Source of the DNA: an uncultured Verrucomicrobiae bacterium
GTDB taxonomy: Bacteria; Verrucomicrobiota; Verrucomicrobiia; Limisphaerales; Palsa-1400
Length of the DNA stretch: 64,000 nt
Direction of reading: 5' to 3'
Assembly (NCBI GenBank): GCA_963764165.1
Contig: CAVXRD010000003.1
Coordinates: forward strand, 640,001 to 704,000
The notes beneath the pieces are model-generated. The model made no database searches, was not told the origin of the DNA, and worked only from the letters and a program-made list of their open reading frames with translations. Within the stretch, counting starts at the first letter, position 1. Each line of letters starts with the position of its first letter. Shown here piece by piece: positions 47,040 through 56,746 of this stretch. The position numbers were made by a program, and so were the translations under genes.

Positions 47040-48581
47040 ATGAGCCTCGTCGAACGAACGAAGCCTCGGCTGCCGGATGCGAAAACCGTTCTTGAAGCGG
47101 TCAAGAAATGGGCGACGACGCAGCCGGGTTTGGCGGCATTTCTTAACGCGGGCCTGTCTCCCGCCGAGTCGCTTTCCCGCTGGGGGCTTGGCTTGGTGAA
47201 GGCCAATCATCCGGCCGACGCAGCCGAAGTTTTCCGCGCCACGCTGGCTCTTGCTCCAAGCGATCCCGTGCTGTGGTCTAATTTTGGAATGGCGTTAAGC
47301 CAGATCGAGTCAACTGCCGAGGCGATTTATTGTTTCGAGCATTCCCTCGGCCTCTCGAAGGAGCAGCCAATCACCTGGCTAATGCTCGGAATGGCGAAAA
47401 AGAAACTGAACGACGCCGCTGGCGCCGAAGGAGCCTACCGCGCCGCGCTGGATCTAAATCCGAATTCCGCGACCGCATGGCAGCTCCTCGGCATTTTGAA
47501 GGAGGAACAAAAGGATTTCACCACCGCCGCGCAATGCCTGGAGGCGAATTTGAAAATTGCCGGGCCCAACGCCGCCGTGCTCGCCAACCTCGGGAAATTG
47601 CGTCACCAAATCGGGCGCTTCGCGGAATCCAACGACGCTTACGCCGCGGCCTCGGAGCTTGACCCGGGCAACGCGCATTACCGCCAGATGGCCCGCAAGA
47701 CGCGCTTTTTCCGCGATGCGCTTGAGGTCGTCAACATGAACGAGGCCACCGAGCGCTTCCGCCAATCATTCGTTTTGGAAGATGTTTGCACTGAAAAAAT
47801 TCTGAAGGAAGTGTTTCAGTCCGCATTTCATGTCCTCGGCGGATTTGGGCACACCGGCGCAGCGTTGCGCATCGGGCAGAAGTGGGGCGAATTGTGGCCC
47901 ACCAGCGCATCGCTCGCCTACCTGATGAGCGCGGTCGCGGGCGACCAGACCATCGAACGCTCGCCAGCGGAATACGTCGTGGAGTATTTTGATTCGTTTG
48001 CGGAAGGCTTCGATGCGCAGCTTGTCGGCGCTCTCGGCTACGACGTGCCGGAGAAGATTTGCCCGGCAATCCGCTCCATCCTTCCGTCTGGGCGTTTCTT
48101 TGAGACGCTGGACGCCGGCTGCGGAACGGGGCTTTGCGGTCCGCTGCTCAAACCCTTTTGCAAGCCGCTGGCCGGCGTTGACCTTTCCCAAAAAATGCTC
48201 GACCAGGCCCAGCGAAAGGGGTTCTACGATTCTCTCGCCTGCGAGGATGCGGCCGCCTATTTCCGGCGCTCGCCGCGCCAGTTCGAATTGATCGTCGCGG
48301 CGGATTTGATGATTTATTTTGGCGAACTCGGCTCCCTTTTTGCGGATGCCGCGGACGCGCTCAAGCCGGGCGGGCACTTTGCCTTCAGCACCGAATTGTG
48401 GAACGGCGAAGGCCCGCATCGGCTGAACCCTTCCGGGCGTTTCGCCCACGCGACGCAATATGTCCGCTCCGTGGCCGCGCCGCTTTTTGAGGAGGTTTCC
48501 GCCACGGAGACAACGATCCGCCTCGATGGAACGCAGCGGCTGGCGGGGAATATTTTTATTTTCCGGCGGCGCGCGGATTAG
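47040..48581 (+). CDS. TPR-repeat protein with C-terminal SAM-dependent methyltransferase
   Basis: Multiple TPRs; LDAGCGTG, GVDLS..ML, RFAH. Confidence 0.9.
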   Translation: MSLVERTKPRLPDAKTVLEAVKKWATTQPGLAAFLNAGLSPAESLSRWGLGLVKANHPADAAEVFRATLALAPSDPVLWSNFGMALSQIESTAEAIYCFEHSLGLSKEQPITWLMLGMAKKKLNDAAGAEGAYRAALDLNPNSATAWQLLGILKEEQKDFTTAAQCLEANLKIAGPNAAVLANLGKLRHQIGRFAESNDAYAAASELDPGNAHYRQMARKTRFFRDALEVVNMNEATERFRQSFVLEDVCTEKILKEVFQSAFHVLGGFGHTGAALRIGQKWGELWPTSASLAYLMSAVAGDQTIERSPAEYVVEYFDSFAEGFDAQLVGALGYDVPEKICPAIRSILPSGRFFETLDAGCGTGLCGPLLKPFCKPLAGVDLSQKMLDQAQRKGFYDSLACEDAAAYFRRSPRQFELIVAADLMIYFGELGSLFADAADALKPGGHFAFSTELWNGEGPHRLNPSGRFAHATQYVRSVAAPLFEEVSATETTIRLDGTQRLAGNIFIFRRRAD

Positions 48582-51006
48582 CTTCCTTTGCTGGATTCGG
48601 AGCGTCGGGAATCACAAACCCCACGTCGACATATTGGCCGCCGGTCGTTTGGTGACAATGCGCCGCCAGCGTGTTGACGCCCGGTTTGAGTGTCGCGATG
48701 GCTTCGGGCCGAAGGTCAAACAGCTCGTACCGCTCAATGAAGCCAGGAAGTTCCGCGGCGAGCACACCGTTGATGTAAACTTGCAAATCCTCGTCGTGAT
48801 GCGCCTCTAATTTCAAGCCGCTCAGGTCGCCCGGGCCGAGGGTGACTTGCCGGCGGAGCCAAATGTCGTCCGTGCTCCACACTGTGTGAACGATGGAGCC
48901 AGGAGTGCCGGATGTGCCAAAACCCGCCACACCTTCCTTCCACGCCGAAGCGTTGAATTCTGGCTTGAACCAATCCGGCCCCGGCGTTTGAAATGTGTAT
49001 TTCCACGAAACATTGCCGGAAACCGCGTCGGGCACGATCACCCGGCCCGGCAAATGATCGCGTCCCGCCACGTTCGCCTCGGCGAGCACTTTGGGCGAGA
49101 GCTTGGCCACCGCGCGATCGTAGCTCAACAGGCCGTTGCATTCGGTTTCCACATCGGTGGTCTGGGTGTAGACTGCCGCGCTCAAGCCGTGCAAGTGATG
49201 CGCGCTCCACACTTGCAGCATGAGGGCGGTGTAGGCTTCGCCCAGACCCTGCGAATCATCCTCCATCTGATAAGCCCAATTGTGATTGGTGGACCAGAGG
49301 TGGCCCTCGGGAATCATGCCAAGCCCGCCGAACTCGCCCACCACCATGGCCCTCCGCCCCTCCGGCTCCAGCGCCGCAGGATCAGGATAGCCGTGGCCGT
49401 CAACAATATCTCCCGCGTGCGTGTCCGCCCAGCCGCTGGCATCATCCGCCAGGCGCGAAGGGTCGAGCGCCTTCAGGGATTGGGTCAGGCGCTGGGTGTC
49501 GTATTGGCCCCACCCTTCGTTGAACAACACCCAGAGGATGATGGACGGGTGGTTGTAAAGGTCTTTGACCATGTGGTTCAATTCCGTCTCAAATTCGCGC
49601 TGCGACTCCGGGGTGGAATTATTGCCGCTCGGCATGTCCTGCCAGACGAGAATCCCGAGCCGGTCGCACCAATAATACCAGCGGTCCGGCTCAATCTTGA
49701 CGTGCTTTCGGATCATGTTGAAGCCGGATGATTTGATGAAATTCAGATCGAATCGAAGCGCTTCATCGGTCGGCGCGGCATAAAGGCCATCGGGCCAGAA
49801 TCCTTGATCCAAAATGCCAATTTGAAATAACGCCTGTTTGTTCAACTGAATGTGCGCAATCCCCTGAGGGTCCTTGCCGAGACCCACCGCGCGCATCGCA
49901 AAATAGCTCACCACATGATCCACCTCCTTGTCCTTCCGCTTCAGCGAAACGCGCAGATCGTAAAGAAACGGAGAATCGGGCGACCAAAGTTTCGGGTTGG
50001 AAATGGGCACCATCAATTCCTTGGTGGCGGGCCCGCTGGCGAATCCGGCTTCCGTCCCGCGTTCGCCAAATGCCGCGGCTTCCACTTGCAGATCGTCATC
50101 CAAACTGTTGACCGTCACGCGCAATTTCAGCGCTTTGCTTTCCACATCGGGCGTCATCGAAATTCCGTCGATGCACACTTCAGGCACGGGCTCGATCCAG
50201 ACGGTTTGCCAGATGCCGGAGGTGGGCGAATAAAAAATCCCCTGCGGGTGCAGCGATTGCTTGCCGCGCGGCTGGTCGCCTTCCGTTTGGTCCTGATCGG
50301 CGACGACGATTTCCTCGGGGCCGTCCCACGTGAGATAGTCTGTGATGTCGAAGGCAAATCGTTCGTAACCGCCGCGATGCTGGCCGACCTCGCGGCCGTT
50401 GACAAAAATCCGGCACTGCCAATCCACCGCGCCGAATTGAATGCGGACGTGCCGGCCTTTCCATTTTTTCGGAATCTCGACAGTCCGCCGATACCAGAGA
50501 ATGGACTGCGCCTCGAGCGGTTTCATCACGCCCGACAAGGCGGATTCGATTGGGAACGGCACCAGGATTTCGCCGTCATAACTCGCAGGCTGGCCCAGCG
50601 TGTTCGTGCGCACCGCGTAATCCCACAAGCCATTCAGATTCTGCCAATCTGCGCGCACCAATTGCGGGCGCGGATATTCAGGATGTGCGTTCGTTGGCGA
50701 AACATCCGCTGCCCATTGCGTCATCAGCGGCGCTTTTTGCGCGTGCCACTCTGCGCTTGTTTCGGCGCGAAGAGCGAAGGCGCACCAAAGCATCACCACG
50801 GCTAAGCCAAAGCGATGCGCATGGATTTGGGAGCGCGACCGCCCCGGTCGCTCTGTCCGGCCCACGCGAAAGCGTCTTCCCAATACTTTGTTCTGATTTC
50901 TCGCCGGACAGTTTGACGGAAGGGTTTTCGGCGGGACGCCGAAAACAGCGGTCGAGACGACCGAGCTCCCCAAAACCACGAATAGCCCGCAACCAAGGCC
51001 GTTCAT
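48556..51006 (-). CDS. Glycoside hydrolase family 2 with C-terminal galactose-binding-like domain (start uncertain)
   Basis: EYPRPQL, FGAVDW, DQGFWPDG, RKHVK, FNEGWG, GEFGG; ATG at 51006 overlaps the regulator stop. Confidence 0.9.
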   Translation of the reverse strand: MNGLGCGLFVVLGSSVVSTAVFGVPPKTLPSNCPARNQNKVLGRRFRVGRTERPGRSRSQIHAHRFGLAVVMLWCAFALRAETSAEWHAQKAPLMTQWAADVSPTNAHPEYPRPQLVRADWQNLNGLWDYAVRTNTLGQPASYDGEILVPFPIESALSGVMKPLEAQSILWYRRTVEIPKKWKGRHVRIQFGAVDWQCRIFVNGREVGQHRGGYERFAFDITDYLTWDGPEEIVVADQDQTEGDQPRGKQSLHPQGIFYSPTSGIWQTVWIEPVPEVCIDGISMTPDVESKALKLRVTVNSLDDDLQVEAAAFGERGTEAGFASGPATKELMVPISNPKLWSPDSPFLYDLRVSLKRKDKEVDHVVSYFAMRAVGLGKDPQGIAHIQLNKQALFQIGILDQGFWPDGLYAAPTDEALRFDLNFIKSSGFNMIRKHVKIEPDRWYYWCDRLGILVWQDMPSGNNSTPESQREFETELNHMVKDLYNHPSIILWVLFNEGWGQYDTQRLTQSLKALDPSRLADDASGWADTHAGDIVDGHGYPDPAALEPEGRRAMVVGEFGGLGMIPEGHLWSTNHNWAYQMEDDSQGLGEAYTALMLQVWSAHHLHGLSAAVYTQTTDVETECNGLLSYDRAVAKLSPKVLAEANVAGRDHLPGRVIVPDAVSGNVSWKYTFQTPGPDWFKPEFNASAWKEGVAGFGTSGTPGSIVHTVWSTDDIWLRRQVTLGPGDLSGLKLEAHHDEDLQVYINGVLAAELPGFIERYELFDLRPEAIATLKPGVNTLAAHCHQTTGGQYVDVGFVIPDAPNPAKEANPRAAGK
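50827..50973. repeat. REP-like element, family A copy 2 (147 bp)
   Basis: Similar to 493-660; ends TTGGGAG...CTCCCCAA. Confidence 0.85.
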
Positions 51007-51647
51007 ATCTTGTAAAATTTCACCACCGCCTCCGTGCGCGAGCGAACATGCAATTTTTCGTAGATGCGCCGGATATAATTGCGAACGGTGTGAATGCTGA
51101 CGTCGAGCTGATCGGCGATTTGCTTGTAGGCGAGCCCTTGCGACAAAGCCTGCAAAACCTCCAATTCGCGATGCGACAAATCCGAGGGTTCCGCCCCCGC
51201 CCCGTGCGCCACCGGCGTTTGAAACGAGCGCACCACCTTGCGGGCAATCGAAGTCGACATGGGCGCGCCGCCCGCCATGACTTCGCGAATGGCGTCCAGC
51301 AATTCCTCGGGGCGCTGGCGCTTGAGCAGGTAACCGCTCGCTCCAGCCGCCAGGGCGCGGAAAATTTTTTCCGCATCCTCGAATACTGTCAACATAACAA
51401 CGAGAATGTCTGGCATGAGGGTCTTCAAGGCGCGCACGCACTCGATTCCGTCCGTGGCGTTTTCGCCGAGGTTGATGTCCATCAGGACAACGTCGGGCGG
51501 ATTTTTGGGAATACCGTCGATGGCTTCACGGGCCGTGGCGTAAGAATTGACGCAGCGGAATTCCGGAAAGGCCCGGAGGTAGCCGCCAATATTCTCCCGC
51601 AGGTCAGGAGAATCGTCCACGATGGCGATGGTGATGACCTTGCTCAA
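51003..51647 (-). CDS. NarL/LuxR-family response regulator
   Basis: IVDD, VVLMDINL, GASGYLLK, LSHRELEVL HTH; TTG overlaps the kinase stop. Confidence 0.96.
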   Translation of the reverse strand: MSKVITIAIVDDSPDLRENIGGYLRAFPEFRCVNSYATAREAIDGIPKNPPDVVLMDINLGENATDGIECVRALKTLMPDILVVMLTVFEDAEKIFRALAAGASGYLLKRQRPEELLDAIREVMAGGAPMSTSIARKVVRSFQTPVAHGAGAEPSDLSHRELEVLQALSQGLAYKQIADQLDVSIHTVRNYIRRIYEKLHVRSRTEAVVKFYKI

Positions 51648-54600
51648 GCAACCTCCGTTCTGGCTGAAGCGAGGCCCATTTTCAATTCCACAATTGTTCC
51701 CTGCCCCGGCGCGCTTTGGATGACGCAAGCGCCGCGAACGTCCAGCAAATGCTGCTTCATATTTGTCAAACCGTTGCGGCCCACGCCGACGGTGTGGCCA
51801 TTCCGGCTGTCCGTCGAAAAGCCAACCCCATTGTCGCTCACACGAACTTTCAAGGCGCCCTGCTCCACCTGAATGTGGACTTCCACGCGGGTGGCCCGCG
51901 CGTGCTTGAGCACGTTGCTGAGTGATTCCTCAAAGGCGAGAAAAACGTTGTGGCGATATTCAGCGGACATGTTCAACGAAGGAAAATCGCTCTGCACACG
52001 GACATCGCATTCGATAGGCGTGTCCTGAAAATACTCCGTCGCGTATTGGCTCAAGTAAGATGCGAGATGCTCGAGCGTGTCGTTGCGCGGATTGACGACC
52101 CAGACCATTTCGTCGAGAGCCTTGAGCAAATCGCGCGAGGTGGTGGCAATGGAATTGATCTGGTCGCCCGCCGGGCCGGTGGGTTTGGATTCCACTTTGA
52201 GCCGCTCGCTGAGGAACGAGATTTTCGTCAGCTTCGAGCCGATTTCATCGTGCATGTTGCGGGCGATGCGCATGCGCTCGCGCTCCATCGCCTGCTGCTG
52301 CTCCATGCCCGCCAATTGCGTGATCAAGCGCCGGTGCGTGACGTAGCGCACCGCGCCCGCCGCGGCTCCAGCCGCCGCAAGCGCGGCCAGGGTGAGCACC
52401 CATGGAGCGCGCCACAGCGGCGTGGGAATCACGAAGGCGAGGCTCGCGCCGCTCTCATTCCAGACGCCTTCGCCATTGCACGCTGTCACATGAAAAGTGT
52501 AATTTCCGCTCGGCAGGCGGCCGTAAGAAATGCGGCGGTCTGGCCCCGTGTCCACCCAATCCGCATCGAAATTGTCCAGCTTGTGGCGAAAACGAATTTT
52601 CTCCGGCGCCTCAAAACTAAGCCCCGCCACTTGAATTTCCAAGGATTGCAGGCGCGCGGGAAATTTGATCGGAATTTCCTTCGCGTGGCCGTTCATTTCA
52701 AACGGTGCCTTTTCATTGTTGATGAAAATGGAGTCGATATGAACTTGCGGCGCGGGAACGGCCCCCTCCCATCCGTGTGTGTCAATGCCGACCATTCCGC
52801 CTGCGGTGGCAAACCACAGCCGCCCCTCGCTCGAACGCACCGCCTGCGGCCCGCTCAAACTCAACGCGCGGTCGGGGCCGGGTTCCGTCTCAAACAACAA
52901 TTTTGGTTTCAGCGCGCCGCTCCCGGCGAAGGCCATCGCCACCGAATTGCTGTCGATGCGGCACAGGCCCCGCGAGAGTGACAGCCAGATGTTGTTTTCC
53001 GAATCCGCCACCACCGCGGAGACGGAGTTGTCGAGCAATCCGTCGCGCATGTCCCACGCCAGGCAGCGATCTCCGCGCATGCAGCCAAGTCCGCCGCCCG
53101 CCGTTCCAAACCAGACCGCGTGATCCGCCGATTCACAAATTCCAAGAATCGCTTTGCCGTTGAAACGCGGGTCCAGCCGCTGGACGGTGACGCCATGAAA
53201 AAGTCGATCCCCGCGCAAAAGCGCGCCGCTCTCGGTGCCCACCCAGACTTCGCCTTCCGTTCGGCACAAAATGGCGGTGACGGCGGAGCCCGGCAATCCT
53301 TCCGGCGCGGAATAAGTCGACATTTTTGAGTCGTGAAACAGGTGCAGCATCCCCGCGCGGGTGCCAGCCCACACGGCGCCCTCGGCGTCCGCGCAAACCG
53401 CCAGCACGCAGTCATCAGAAAGCCCGTTGGCGGTGGAATAATTCACCGAATGGCCATCCTTGATGTGATAGAGGCCATTGCCCACGGTGCCGATCCAAAT
53501 GCTGCTGTCCGATGAGGCGCAGACGCTTGCCACCAGTTCTTGCGCGAGGTTCATCGCGTCATCGAGCACACGTTCAAATCTGTCCGCCGTGCTCGCGTAG
53601 AGGCCGCCCGCATCCATTCCGATGTAAACGCGGCCGGTGGAATCCGCCGTCAGGCAAGTCGCCCCGCCGGCCGGCAAACCGTGCGCGCCCGTCAGCAAGG
53701 CGAAGCGCTGCGGACGCAATTGCGCCAGCACGCCGTCGGAAATGCCGAGCCAAAGGTCGCCCTCCCGGTCTTCGCAAATCGTGCGGACGTCGTTGGGCCA
53801 GTGTCCTTCGTTGAGCGTCACCGGCTGAAATTTCGCGCCGTCCAAAGCAAACACGCCGCGCCCGCTCGCGCCAATCCAAAGGCGCCCGCTCCGTCCCTCG
53901 CACATGCTCCAGATGCGCGTCATGGCGGATTTTTCGCCGGGGAAATAATTAATGCGTTGGTTTCCCTTCGTGAGGTTGATCAGGTAGGTCGCGTAGAATG
54001 CCCACAAATTGCCGCGCCGATCTTCATAAGCGCCGAGAAAACCTTCCTGCCGCTCTTTGCCGGTCGTCGGAAATTCGAAGCGCGAGATGTGGCCATCAAT
54101 GTAGCGGCACATGCCACCTGCCGTCGTAATCCAAACAGTCCCCGACCGCGCTGCGTGAACGCTTGAAACCGAATTGTCCGGCAAACCTTCGCGGGTAGTG
54201 AAGGCATCGAACGAACTTCCTTGAAGGCGGTTGACGCCGTGTCTGGTGCCGATCCAGAGGCAGCCCGCGGAATCAAGCGTCAGGCTGGTGACAGCGTTGT
54301 CGAGCAATCCATCGGCCGCCCCAAAATGTTCCACCCGTTCATCCTGCCAGCGAAAAAGGCCGCTCGATTCCGTGCCGATCCACAACGCGCCACGCGCATC
54401 TTCGCATAAAGCCGTGATGGCTGGGTGGCTGGCCGACACCCCTGATGGGAGAGCAATGTGCGTGAACTTCAAGCCATCGAATCTTGCCAGGCCCGCCGCC
54501 GTTCCCACCCAGATATATCCGTCCTCCGTCTGCAAAATGACGCTGACAGAACCGTTCGGCAGTCCGTCGGCCTTGCTCCAGGTCCGGACGGTGAAGTCCC

Positions 54601-54724
54601 GCATCTCCGCCCCGAAATCGTCGGCGCGTGCGCCTGTGGAAAGCAGCAGCATCGTCCCAAGAAAGCATGCGGCCACTGCGGCCAGCCTGATTTGGTTGCG
54701 GACGAACTGTCGTGACATTGGCAT
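51644..54724 (-). CDS. Sensor histidine kinase with periplasmic beta-propeller (Reg_prop), Y_Y_Y and HisKA_3 domains
   Basis: GLP..SV / LWIGT repeats; ERMRIARNMHDEIG; SDNGVGF; GQGT. Confidence 0.95.
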   Translation of the reverse strand: MPMSRQFVRNQIRLAAVAACFLGTMLLLSTGARADDFGAEMRDFTVRTWSKADGLPNGSVSVILQTEDGYIWVGTAAGLARFDGLKFTHIALPSGVSASHPAITALCEDARGALWIGTESSGLFRWQDERVEHFGAADGLLDNAVTSLTLDSAGCLWIGTRHGVNRLQGSSFDAFTTREGLPDNSVSSVHAARSGTVWITTAGGMCRYIDGHISRFEFPTTGKERQEGFLGAYEDRRGNLWAFYATYLINLTKGNQRINYFPGEKSAMTRIWSMCEGRSGRLWIGASGRGVFALDGAKFQPVTLNEGHWPNDVRTICEDREGDLWLGISDGVLAQLRPQRFALLTGAHGLPAGGATCLTADSTGRVYIGMDAGGLYASTADRFERVLDDAMNLAQELVASVCASSDSSIWIGTVGNGLYHIKDGHSVNYSTANGLSDDCVLAVCADAEGAVWAGTRAGMLHLFHDSKMSTYSAPEGLPGSAVTAILCRTEGEVWVGTESGALLRGDRLFHGVTVQRLDPRFNGKAILGICESADHAVWFGTAGGGLGCMRGDRCLAWDMRDGLLDNSVSAVVADSENNIWLSLSRGLCRIDSNSVAMAFAGSGALKPKLLFETEPGPDRALSLSGPQAVRSSEGRLWFATAGGMVGIDTHGWEGAVPAPQVHIDSIFINNEKAPFEMNGHAKEIPIKFPARLQSLEIQVAGLSFEAPEKIRFRHKLDNFDADWVDTGPDRRISYGRLPSGNYTFHVTACNGEGVWNESGASLAFVIPTPLWRAPWVLTLAALAAAGAAAGAVRYVTHRRLITQLAGMEQQQAMERERMRIARNMHDEIGSKLTKISFLSERLKVESKPTGPAGDQINSIATTSRDLLKALDEMVWVVNPRNDTLEHLASYLSQYATEYFQDTPIECDVRVQSDFPSLNMSAEYRHNVFLAFEESLSNVLKHARATRVEVHIQVEQGALKVRVSDNGVGFSTDSRNGHTVGVGRNGLTNMKQHLLDVRGACVIQSAPGQGTIVELKMGLASARTEVA

Positions 54725-54901
54725 AATTTACCAAAGGTTTGGCCGCAGTCGAACTACAAAGCGCCTGATTACCGCCCCATCAAAATCCGAGGTGATTCGA
54801 GGACGATTCCGCCATCAACCACCGGATTGCGCTTCGGACTTCGCAAACAAATTTTAAAAGTGGGTGAGGCGGAAGTGAGATTACGGACTATATACTTTGA
54901 A

Positions 54902-55086
54902 CGGAGCGCGGCTGTGTCGAAGACCAGCCGCAGCCGCGTCAAACCAAGAGGCGCGTTGGAGAGGGTTCCATGGCCCGCCCACCCAGTTCCGACGTTTGAT
55001 TACGTTTTCCGAAGATCGCCATAAGACGGGTCGTTTTCGGCTGTTTGAAAGCTGCTGCGGCTGGTCTTCGACACAGCCGCGCTCCG
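54902..55086. repeat. REP-like inverted repeat, family B (33-bp perfect arms)
   Basis: cggagcgcggctgtgtcgaagaccagccgcagc (54902-54934) and its reverse complement (55054-55086). Confidence 0.9.
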
Positions 55087-55123
55087 CCTGTCGGCTTGCG
55101 TCCATCATCCATTTTCAATCACA

Positions 55124-55359
55124 CCTAATGGAGAGCGCCACGAACACGATCCTCAACCTGTTGCCAGGGAACTGCCTGTTCCCGGATCGTTCTGGCAGGC
55201 CTTTAGCCTTGCGTCCAAAACGGCCTTCTCATCCTCGTCTAGCGGGTCGTTCGAGTCGTCCCACTGGCTGCCATCCATCTCCGCGAGAATAACGCGGATT
55301 TCACGGCGTTCTCCCTTGGTCAATTTCTCCAACTCAGCCAGAATCTCAGCTTTGCTCAT
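55124..55359 (-). pseudogene. Addiction-module antitoxin-like gene with an apparent 1-bp frameshift
   Basis: MSKAEILAELEKL...LDARL; removing one C near 55167-55169 restores a GSSWQQVEDRVRGALH* ending. Confidence 0.7.
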
Positions 55360-55698
55360 GGGTTGAAATTACAGGTTAAGGAATAATTGTCATCGGTATA
55401 TCCATCCTCGGCTCTCCAGTAATTTCGTTCGAAAACAACGAGCTTTGGCTATTTCGGTTGGGGGGCGAATTGTCGGGACTATGCAAATAATTTTGGCCAA
55501 GGTCGCACCACAAACAGGCATGGCCAACTCGGCAGGCGGCTCCCCCTTTGCGATCTTTGCGCCCTTCTGTTAAAAATTCTTAACACTAAGGAAACAAAGG
55601 GAACGAAGAATTTGTCACAAACGGCCGATTTGGCGGCTTCCCGCCCCACTTCCCCTCTGCATTGCCAAGCGCCGCGCTCTATGGCAATACCACTCAAG

Positions 55699-56730
55699 AT
55701 GAAAGCTGTTCAACTTGTCGCTCACGGCTCGCCGGGACGATTTTCTTTTGCGGATGTTCCTGATCCCATTGCAGCGGACAATGGAGTTATCGTGCGCGTG
55801 CGGGCTTGCGGGTTGAACCGGCTCGATCTTTGGATGGAGGAAGGCGGATTGCCGGTGCCGGTTCAACTGCCGCGCATTCCGGGCGGCGAAATTTCGGGCG
55901 AAATTTTGTCGGTTGGCAGCGGTGTTCAAGATTGGAAAATTGGGGATCGCGTCGCGGTGCAGTCGAATCTTTTTTGCGGGCACTGCGAATTCTGCGAGCG
56001 CGGACAGGAATCCATTTGCCTGCGCGGAAAATTGCTCGGAGTGCAGGAGGATGGCGGATTTGCAGAGCAAGTTGCGGTGCCTGCCAGTTCGCTTGTGCGG
56101 CTGCCGGCGAATCTCGATTTCGCCGCCTCAGCGGGGCTTACCCTGGCAGGCAGCACGGCCATGCACATGCTCACGCAACGCGCGTCGGTCAAAGCAGGCG
56201 ATTGGGTGCTGGCAATGGGCGGAACGAGCGGCGTCGGCTCGGTGGCGATTCAAATTGCGAAGCAACTCGGCGCGCACGTCATCAGCACCGGTTCCACCGA
56301 GGAGAAACGCGCGTTCGCTCTGAGCCTGGGCGCGGACCATGTCGTGGACACCACGAAGAAAGATTGGGCGGCGGACGTCCGCGAAATCACCGGCAAGCGC
56401 GGCGTCGATTTAATCGTCGAGCACATCGGCGGCGATGTTCTGCTCCAATGTTTCACCTGCCTGGCGCGCGGCGGAATCATCGTGACGTGCGGAGCCACTG
56501 CCGGGCGCGAAGTGGCTTTGAAACTCTGGCCGATATTCGTGAAGGAGCAGAAGCTGGTTGGAAGCTACGGACGCACCCGCAAAGACATCCAAGCCGTCCT
56601 CGAATGGGCCGCCGCCGGAAAGATCAAACCCGCCACCACCGAATCCTATCCGCTTGAAAAGACAGCCGAGGCCTTCGCAGCCTTGCGCGGGCGGCGGGTG
56701 ATGGGTAAAGTCATCGTCCAACCAAATTGA
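55699..56730 (+). CDS. Zinc-binding alcohol dehydrogenase / quinone reductase family (MDR)
   Basis: CGHCEFCERGQESIC structural Zn site; GGTSGVG; GKVIV. Confidence 0.93.
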   Translation: MKAVQLVAHGSPGRFSFADVPDPIAADNGVIVRVRACGLNRLDLWMEEGGLPVPVQLPRIPGGEISGEILSVGSGVQDWKIGDRVAVQSNLFCGHCEFCERGQESICLRGKLLGVQEDGGFAEQVAVPASSLVRLPANLDFAASAGLTLAGSTAMHMLTQRASVKAGDWVLAMGGTSGVGSVAIQIAKQLGAHVISTGSTEEKRAFALSLGADHVVDTTKKDWAADVREITGKRGVDLIVEHIGGDVLLQCFTCLARGGIIVTCGATAGREVALKLWPIFVKEQKLVGSYGRTRKDIQAVLEWAAAGKIKPATTESYPLEKTAEAFAALRGRRVMGKVIVQPN

Positions 56731-56746
56731 CGCGGTTGGATTTTTG

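Noticed and set aside
51007..51441. Extension of the GH2 ORF to 961 aa
   Set aside because: It overlaps the response regulator in another frame; the start is at or downstream of 51006
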